A DNA stretch of 64,000 nucleotides, from the NCBI GenBank assembly GCA_030141605.1, contig JAQGDQ010000327.1:186001-250000 (forward strand). Reading direction: 5' to 3'. Of this stretch, positions 1-64,000 are shown piece after piece (the stretch's first letter is position 1; each line of letters opens with the position of its first letter). A program made the position numbers and the translations under genes. This DNA comes from Tubiluchus corallicola (taxonomy: Eukaryota > Animalia > Priapulida). The notes beneath the pieces were generated by a model. The model was not told the origin of the DNA. It did not search any database and worked only from the letters and a program-made list of their open reading frames with translations.

Positions 1-2410
1 CTGTGGATGGTGTCAGACCTAACAGAGGATGCCCTACACCAATGCAGTATCCTAGGTTGCAGTCATATGCTAAACCAGAACCACCATGTTTTCTTTGCAG
101 TGAACATCACCGGTTGTGGCGCTGTGAGCAATTCAAGAAGATGAATATTTATGATAGACTTGCTCAGAAGTTCAAGTTATACCACCGCTCATATGACAGG
201 GAGGTGTGGGAAGAAATTTGTTTGTTCAGGCTGCGGATGTAGCAAGAAACATACCATGTACATTCATGTAGATGAGCCCAGTACTACAGAAAGCGCTGAT
301 GTTATGGTGTCTAATGCCTGTACTTCTACACGCGGTAATACTTGTATGCCAGTGGTTCAGGTAGTAGTCAATAATACATGCCAAGCACGAGCACTATTAG
401 ACACGTTCTACCAGTTCCTTTTGTTCTCGAAAGTTGGTTAGACAGTTTGGAATAACTGGCAGTAAGGAGGATTATCAACTGAGGACACTGAATAGATCAT
501 CTGTTAAATCTTCTGAAGTGGTTAGCCTTGCTATTTCGCCCAGTGCTGGAGAGTCGGTCAATATGTCAAGAGTCTATGTCATTAACAAAATACCAGCTCA
601 GTGTGAAGGAGTGGACACCAACAAGTATTCACAACTTTCCGACATTGTACTTCCTGTTGGCAAGCATCTTCAGAGTTCGGGCATTGACATATTCATTGGG
701 CAAGATAATGCGGAAGCCCTTGTAATGCCAGGAAAGGAAAGAGAGGAGACCCCTTCGCTGTGCAATATTTGGTTGGTGTTTGAATGGCAGCAGGACTCCA
801 TCTGTAGCCAGTCAGAGAGCTATTTCTCATTTTGTGACCCTCCTGTCAATTGAAGAGGAAGTGCAGAAGATCTGTTACATTGAAAATGAGGGCACAGATA
901 ATACATCATGGTCACGGGAAGACAAATCCATAGTAGAAATGTGGGATGAAGAATGCCACATGGTGGGTAGCCACTTTGAGATTCCCATCCCATGGAAGGA
1001 TAGAAGTGAACCACTTCCGAATAATTTTGTGGTAGCAAAGGCATGTCTAGAATCACTTGTCAAGAGACTCAATAAGAGAAATCTTTTCCAGTGATATAAT
1101 GATGAGATTACCAAGCTTGTTGAGAATGGCTAAGCAGAATCCATACCTGCATACGACATTTTTAATGCAGAAAGAATATGGTACTTGCCTCATCATGATA
1201 TTATAACCGAGAAGAAGCCAGGCAAGCTTAGAGCTGTATTCAATTGCGCCAGTAAATTTCATGGAAGGTCTTTGAATGAGAAACGCAAGCAAGGCTCAAA
1301 TCTCACCAATAAGCTTTTACATGTTCTTCTTCATTTCAGGCAGCACCTTAAGCTGATATAGAAGCAATGTATAATCAAAGACAGAGATGCACTTCATTTC
1401 TTATGGTACAAGAATGGTGATGTAGTGCATTATTGTATGACTTCACATTTATTTGGTGGCATCTGGTGCGCAGCCGTTCTACTTATGCTCTGCAATGTGC
1501 AGCCATGTACGAATGTGCGGCCGTGGACTCCATCATGAAGGACATTGTCATGAAGTCATTCTATGTTGATGACTGTCTAAGATCAGCTGCCACACTTGAA
1601 GAAGCATGCACGGTTATACACGATGTGCCAAAAGTTTTGATGAAGTCTGGTTTCAACTTAACTGCTTTTTGTTATCAATGACAGGGAGTTGCTTTGCGAA
1701 ATACCACAGCATAAACGGGCAAAGGAAATCAAAGTTTTTGGAATAGAAGCATCTGGAAGGGTGCTAGGTGTTGAATGGAGCATCATATGAAATGAGTTCT
1801 ACTTAGTGGTTGACAAGAAACTGTTACAAAATGACAATATTTCCAGAAGGAAGATGTTGAGTATAGTGTTGTCCACATTTGATCCCCTAGGTCTTTTTGG
1901 ACCTCTGGTTTTTACAGGAAAGTTGCTGTTTCAGGACGCAACTAGCCATAGGCTGTCTTGGGATGAAGTTGCCCCATCTGATCTTAGTATTAATGGAGCA
2001 CATGGCTATATTCACTTGAAGGCATAAGTCAGTTGCGGAGACCTAGGGGAATAAAACCTGCGGAGTTCCATGATGCTGTTATCAAGCTGCACCACTTCTC
2101 TGATGCCATCTTGCTTATGGCGTTGCTCATACATACGATGTGTCAACAAAGCAGGGGCTATTTTTGCAGAGTTTTCATGAGCAAGAACAAGGTAGCACCT
2201 TTAAAGCTGTGTACAATTCCTCGCCTGGAGCTACATGCGGCAGATCTGCCATTGCTATGTAAAGAGCTGGATATTAAAGTTTACAATTTGCTCTTCACGT
2301 GCGATTCTGAGATAGTGCTGAAGTACATAGCAAATGACAGCAGAAGATTTCATGTATTTGTTGGCAACCGGATTAGCACTATACGCCAGCTGTGGCAACC
2401 TGATCAGTGC
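1..2410 (+). mobile_element. Decayed BEL/Pao LTR retrotransposon (Gag zinc knuckles, protease, RT, RNase H), truncated by the window edge
   Basis: ORF fragments carry CFLCSEHHRLWRC and C..GC..KHTMYIH Gag knuckles, ARALLDT protease, SFYVDDCL RT, FDPLGL, LHHFSDA and TIPRLEL RNase H motifs typical of BEL/Pao; many stops and frameshifts. Confidence 0.9.
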
Positions 2411-3320
2411 ACTTCGTTTCAATGAAATCTCAGCTCGTGACATTTGGACCCGTGACCTTGGTCTGAAGTCAACCAATCTCGGGCCAACCCATACCACTCA
2501 GTTTGTGTTGTCGAGACCTCTCACTTGATATAGTACAAGCCAATATTCTTAAAGAATGGAAAAACCTACCCGTTTTCAGCTTTTGGCCACTAGCGGAATT
2601 TTTTTCACTATCCAAATGATCTTAATTCAGTCACGCATAAGAGCTTGGGCCCATCTAGCCACATACCGAAAATTGTGGCTCTAGCCCAAAAACTGTAGAG
2701 CCTAACGAAAAACTGATATGTCTACTGCATGTCCTTGACCCAAAACCATAGGATGTACCCACCCTGCAAGTGACTATAGCTATTTTACGTATGGAGTTAT
2801 TGATGCCCCATTTTAACATTTTCGACAATGTCACGTGACTTGGTCAGGTCTACTTTTCCAATAATGCTTAATGCACATCCACACCTCGTTGGCTACCCAT
2901 ACGTGCAAAAACATAGACTGCTTTTCAAATACTGTAAGTGGAGTTGATTGACAAAGAAATTCACCCTTATTTCCACATTTTGGCTCCAGCTGCTGTGACA
3001 TTTGATCCAGAGGTCACCATTCCTTCATTGTTCTCTGGCTACCTACATTAGGTACATACCCTGCAAGTTTCGTTATTCTAGGTTGTTTCCACATGGAGTT
3101 ATTGACAAGTCCCCGTTTTAACACTTCTTCTAATGTCAGGTGACCTGGCCAACCCATATTTTGAAATATACGTAATGCACACCTACACGTACCTGGCTAC
3201 CCATACATGCATAAACATTGACTTTTAGTCCAATGCTGTAGGAAGAGTTGAGAATCCATTTTATTGCAATCCCAATGTTAATGCTATAATCAGAATAGTT
3301 CAGCAAATACTGAACTTAAA
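2411..3320. mobile_element. Non-autonomous Helentron/HINE-like or MITE-like element inserted in the BEL element
   Basis: Non-coding. Two ~300-bp diverged internal repeats (ACCCTGCAAGT...GGAGTTATTGA...GGCTACCCATAC near 2760-2950 and 3057-3250) and a terminal hairpin AGTTCAG/CTGAACT (3297-3316) followed by TAAA. Confidence 0.55.
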
Positions 3321-3417
3321 GAGATCGTTTTAAGAGACTTTTCGTAGAGGTCGGTCACCAGGTATACCCACCCAATTAACTAACAAGGCTTAAATTAAAG
3401 GAACTAGCTGCTAGGAA

Positions 3418-4109
3418 TGTGACAACTCATCTGCTCTTACATTGTTTAACTGTAATTGTTTAGGGCTAATTTGGGGAAAGTCTGTATGTAGCGTTGGCAA
3501 TATATAGAAAATCGTGAAAAATTTCAATGTTGCGCTCTTACCTTTGTTTGTTTTAATGAAAGTATTTATTTATATAAGAGATGCGTTAAGTTAGTTCTTA
3601 TTGGTTCGTATGTTGAAATAAATCTCAATGAAAATAATAAACTGCATGCACTGTTATACACGTGTTTTGGCAGGTTATTAAAGAAAAAGTGTTGCATTTT
3701 AATTTATATACCAAATAATAGTCAGTTTTCAATAGACATAACATATAATAGTCTAGAGAATATTATAAAGGTCTTACTTGCATACAAACAATTTAGACAG
3801 AGGCTGACACATTTGCTTAAAATTTTTGGCTAAGGTAATTAAACCAAAGTATAGTTTATAAAGTGTATTAATTACAATGATTAGCACAGCTAGTTTTGGC
3901 TGCCAGCTTCCGGAAAATTAGTGTTAGCTATAGTCGGCGTGCTTGGCAGTTAAATGTTTTCCATGCATATTTGAATTTGTACCCTGTATGAGACCTAGTT
4001 TAGCTTATCATAGAGGCTAAAATAGTGATTGTTCCTTGAAACGGCTTCTGACATTTTTATTTGTTAAACGTTAATAAAGTAATGAACAATATGGCAAGAA
4101 ATCACAACA
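3418..4109 (+). repeat. Candidate 3' LTR of the upstream BEL element
   Basis: TGT...ACA termini, purine-rich stretch just upstream, AATAAA about 30 nt before the end. The partner LTR is not in the window. Confidence 0.4.
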
Positions 4110-5091
4110 GTACGGACGCACTCACGCACGCACACACGCGCGCGCACATGCAGAAGGAGATAAAGAGAATATTGTACATGTGACGTATAGGCAACCGTAA
4201 TACATTTTTTCGTAATACAGCAGTACACATTTTACAATTACTGTGGTTTCTGACCGCAAGTGCATATTAACGTTATACAGGAACTATATGCATAAAAAGC
4301 CTCTCAACCAACTTTTAGCAACGTTTTCTTGTATACAGAATGATCCGATGAAAACGCCTATTTATTGTTAACTTTTATTTAATAAACGCACATTTCCGGG
4401 TATTTAAATTACAGAGTTACCAAAGTCTGTGATGCATGGCCAAGTAACATTACTTTATTGTACTGATTAGACTCGATAGCAGTTGTAATGTACTCACTGT
4501 ACAGTACACAGCGTGGGCCGTACTTGCACTAACTGGGCCTATACAATAGTGTCTGCCATTTGACGTTTTCACATTTTGGCGTAAATTCAGCCCGATTACG
4601 AAAGGACGATAAGGTAGCTTTAAGATAAAATCTAGTTCTAGCTTTCTTCCCAAAAAACAAAATTGAAATTATTCACTCTGAAGCACTAGCTGCTGCCACA
4701 TATATTCCTGTGGCCATTGTATTTATTTTATACTATTCATTGTACTGCTCATCTCACAGTTAAAATGCACGGCTATGATACTTTTGCAGAAGTTCGTAAT
4801 GATGCCTCTATATTCCATTGGCTCCAGATAAAAAAGATACAGTATGACTGTATAATGCGTGTAGTACTGTTAAGCATTAATACAATTGTGGACCAACTAT
4901 TAATGAAGATGGAATATTATGCCTCTTTGTCTGGTGATATACATAGTATTAGAAATTTTTAGTCTGATTCACTACATATACCTGCTGCTTTACGTAGAAT
5001 GTTGTTGAAAAATGTGATTTCTAACCGCATGGTGTGCATCACTTCCACCTATTGTACCACTGTTTATATAACACTCAATTAAGCTATGACC

Positions 5092-5260
5092 ATTAGGTGC
5101 AGCCATTTTAACGGTAAGTCGCTTGAAACTAGTTTAACAACATTGCATAAAGTTTGAGAAAAAAATTAGTGCATTTGTAGCGCACACCTCACAAACTAAG
5201 CAAAAGTAAAAATTATTTCGTATTTCAATAAGATCAATAATGTGCTTTTTTGTTTAATCG
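5092..5260. repeat. Dispersed repeat, second copy at ~19621-19790
   Basis: Both loci share AGCCATTTTAA.GGT...TGAAAC.AGTTT...AACATTGC..AAATTTGA.AAAAA...CACAC...AACTAAG in the same orientation. Confidence 0.7.
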
Positions 5261-5912
5261 TAGTGCAAACTAGGAAGGAGATACAATTTATAACGTTTTA
5301 TCATCTGGCATGAACATTTTCAATAGTTAAGAATTTTTCTTTTCCGGTTATATAAGCCACTCAAAGAGGGAAGCATAATAGCTAAACAACATAACTTTAA
5401 TCGTGTGCAAAGTTTTTGAGATAAACTCTAAATTCCATTTTCTTTCCCCTTATTAAAATGGGTGGCATGTGACTACCACAGTAATATCATATCATTTTTT
5501 CTCGTAACAAGCCACTACATTCTTAGTAAAACGCAAACTTTATATAAAAATAATTCATGTATTTATGAAAAGTATAATAAGGCATAATATAAGGTACTCT
5601 AATTGAAAACGGTGATTTAGAGTTTTAATCACTGACGGCTTGCTTGAGCAATTATTAAAGCAGACATATTGTCAATATAGCATACGTAAATCTCGCACTA
5701 TAAAGTAGTAAAGTGCTAATGACTATTTAAAAGTGAGTCCTGAACAAGTCTTCTTGTGTCACTTCGTCTTCATTAAGCATACACCTTTTACCACTTAATA
5801 GAGTGTTCGTTTACTCCGCTTACATCAATGGAGTAAAGTTGCCTCTTTTAATTAGTATGCAAGTGCACTTAACTCTCACTTCGAGTGATTGGTATAAAGC
5901 TTGTTTGGGTTT

Positions 5913-62231
<56,319 letters not shown>

Positions 62232-62858
62232 TGTGTATGTCTCTGCAATAAACAATATCCTGAATTTTGTGAAAAATACAAAATGTGTGCCAAATAAATT
62301 CTTAACAAAATCTCGCCGATATGCATTGGAAATACCCTAGTTGAAACAATAGCCTAATTATGGCATTATTACCATTACAATCACCAATGGCAACATGATT
62401 ATCAGTGTCACATAATCATTAAAATTGTCATTCATTTTCATCCTTGTCATCAGAATCAACGACATTGATGGCAAAAAACAATATCAGCAATAAATTAGGA
62501 AGAGTAAATTAGCAAGTAAACACCCAGCTCCCTGTTATTACGATTCGCACATCTGTAAGAAATTTTTTAAATTTTAAATTTTTTCTACAGTAGCCACATT
62601 GCCAAAACCATGTCTTCAGTACTGAACGTACATTTTCATTAAATGAACCAAAACCAAAAATATTCTAGGGTGCCACCAAACCGCAGCTTAAAAGAATGAT
62701 TGGGAGTGGTGCCAAACCAAATTCCTAATAAAATATTAAGTACCGAACCGATGCCAAACCGAATTTTCTTTTAATTCTAATTGAGAAGAAATATAAACTC
62801 TGTAATATTTTTTTGTTTTAAGCTAGTGGTGATTGGTCAATTGTGTATAATTGTTATG

Positions 62859-63085
62859 ATTACTAAATCTATGTTTGTTTAACATTATGAAGTAATGTAT
62901 TTTAATACTTAAAAGTATTTTAAAAACAGTCCCAATTCTTTCAAAAAGCTGCTCAAACTATCTTGTATAACCAGTAATCGTTCTGATTACTAAATCTGTG
63001 TTGGTTTAAAGTAATGTAGTAAAGTATTAAGTATTTTAAAAGTAGCTCAAAATCTTTCAAACCATTCAAACTATTTTGTATAATC
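62859..63085. repeat. Diverged ~126-bp tandem duplication
   Basis: GATTACTAAATCT.TGTT.GTTTAA...AAGTATTTTAAAA...TCAAACTAT.TTGTATAA twice. Confidence 0.7.
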
Positions 63086-63259
63086 AATAAAAGCAGTACT
63101 TAGTACTGCAGTAGGTATAGCAGTGCAATAGTATAATTGTTTAATTGTTAGAGTTCTCGTTTTATTTCTTCCTGTGGAAGCCAATACGTTGTATATAGGT
63201 TACAGGCAATGTGTGAAATCGGGTATTCTGCAGAATGTATAGACATTTTATAGATTGAC

Positions 63260-63357
63260 AAAACAAACCAGGTAAAGTGTCTAAAATAATTCCTTCTACA
63301 ATTTCCCTAAAACAAACCAGGTAAAGTGTCTAAAATAATTCCTTCTACAATTTTTCT
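63260..63357. repeat. 49-bp tandem duplication
   Basis: AAAACAAACCAGGTAAAGTGTCTAAAATAATTCCTTCTACAATTT twice. Confidence 0.92.
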
Positions 63358-64000
63358 AGGTATTATATATAAGTCAAATGCTTGTCCTGCAAAGTGTGTA
63401 ATTATTGGATTCTTTATATTTTTCCAAGGCATTTTATATAATGGCAATTTTTTTTGTGTGAATTTGAATTCAGTTGGTTAGTTAGTTTGATGGTAGATAG
63501 ATGAACGGATGGGCGTACAGAGACAGAAACACAGAGATGCAAGCCTTATGGCCTGCTATACCGGCATTACATTATAAATTGCTTTAATTTAAAGGTCTAC
63601 TTTTAAATTATTGTGAAAATTTCATTCCCCTTACATAAAATTTCTATTATTAATCTCTTCCTGATAGCACCACTCATAGCTATTTGAATTGTGCTCAACA
63701 TGCAAAATTGCAAAAAAGATTTTAACAAAAACAGACTTCATAAATCCATATGCATGTACTGCTAATAGACTTTCTACGCACAAATAAGTTTACGAAAAAT
63801 TTTCCTAAGAACTCCAATAAATCTACCCTCATGATTACTAGATACTGAAAGTGATCCACCTAAGTGAAAAATAGTGACATTGGCCCCAACCACCAGCTTA
63901 ATTAGCACGTTAGGTAATGGCACATTCAGAGAAGAGTGTTTTCTCTTGCTAATCCTAACTTGTCAAGTAACTCGCCAGAATGTTCAGATTAGAGAGCCAA

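Noticed and set aside
62250-64000. Metal-response elements (TGCRCNC) or promoter for the ZnT gene
   Set aside because: No clear MRE cluster seen by eye. The acceptor before the ATG suggests the promoter lies further upstream, possibly outside the window.

Overview
AT-rich eukaryotic DNA from an invertebrate, probably a lophotrochozoan-type genome (inferred from the TE repertoire). One host gene spans almost the whole window on the minus strand: a ZnT1/ZnT63C-like (SLC30/CDF family) zinc exporter. I rebuilt it by hand from 8 phase-consistent GT-AG coding exons (62231-62055, 54149-53924, 51585-51349, 49498-49348, 21654-21611, 20787-20705, 16882-16703, 6164-5913; 1350 nt, 449 aa). Its transmembrane Zn site (H43/D47, HVLGD) is intact, but the histidines of the cytosolic domain are all replaced. 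The introns are packed with mostly decayed transposons: BEL/Pao LTR retrotransposons, several LINEs (Crack/L2-like, an RTE-X/Proto2-like element with an LMDD RT motif, RTE-BovB-like), a solo LTR with a perfect 5-bp TSD, a full-length PIF/Harbinger element (TIRs, TAA TSD, transposase plus MADF gene), a tRNA-derived SINE, Helentron/MITE-like non-autonomous elements, microsatellites and a perfect 148-bp palindrome. The 27.7-kb fourth intron contains a resolvable nest of insertions. No prokaryotic features or CRISPR arrays were seen. Family assignments come from motif recognition, not database searches.
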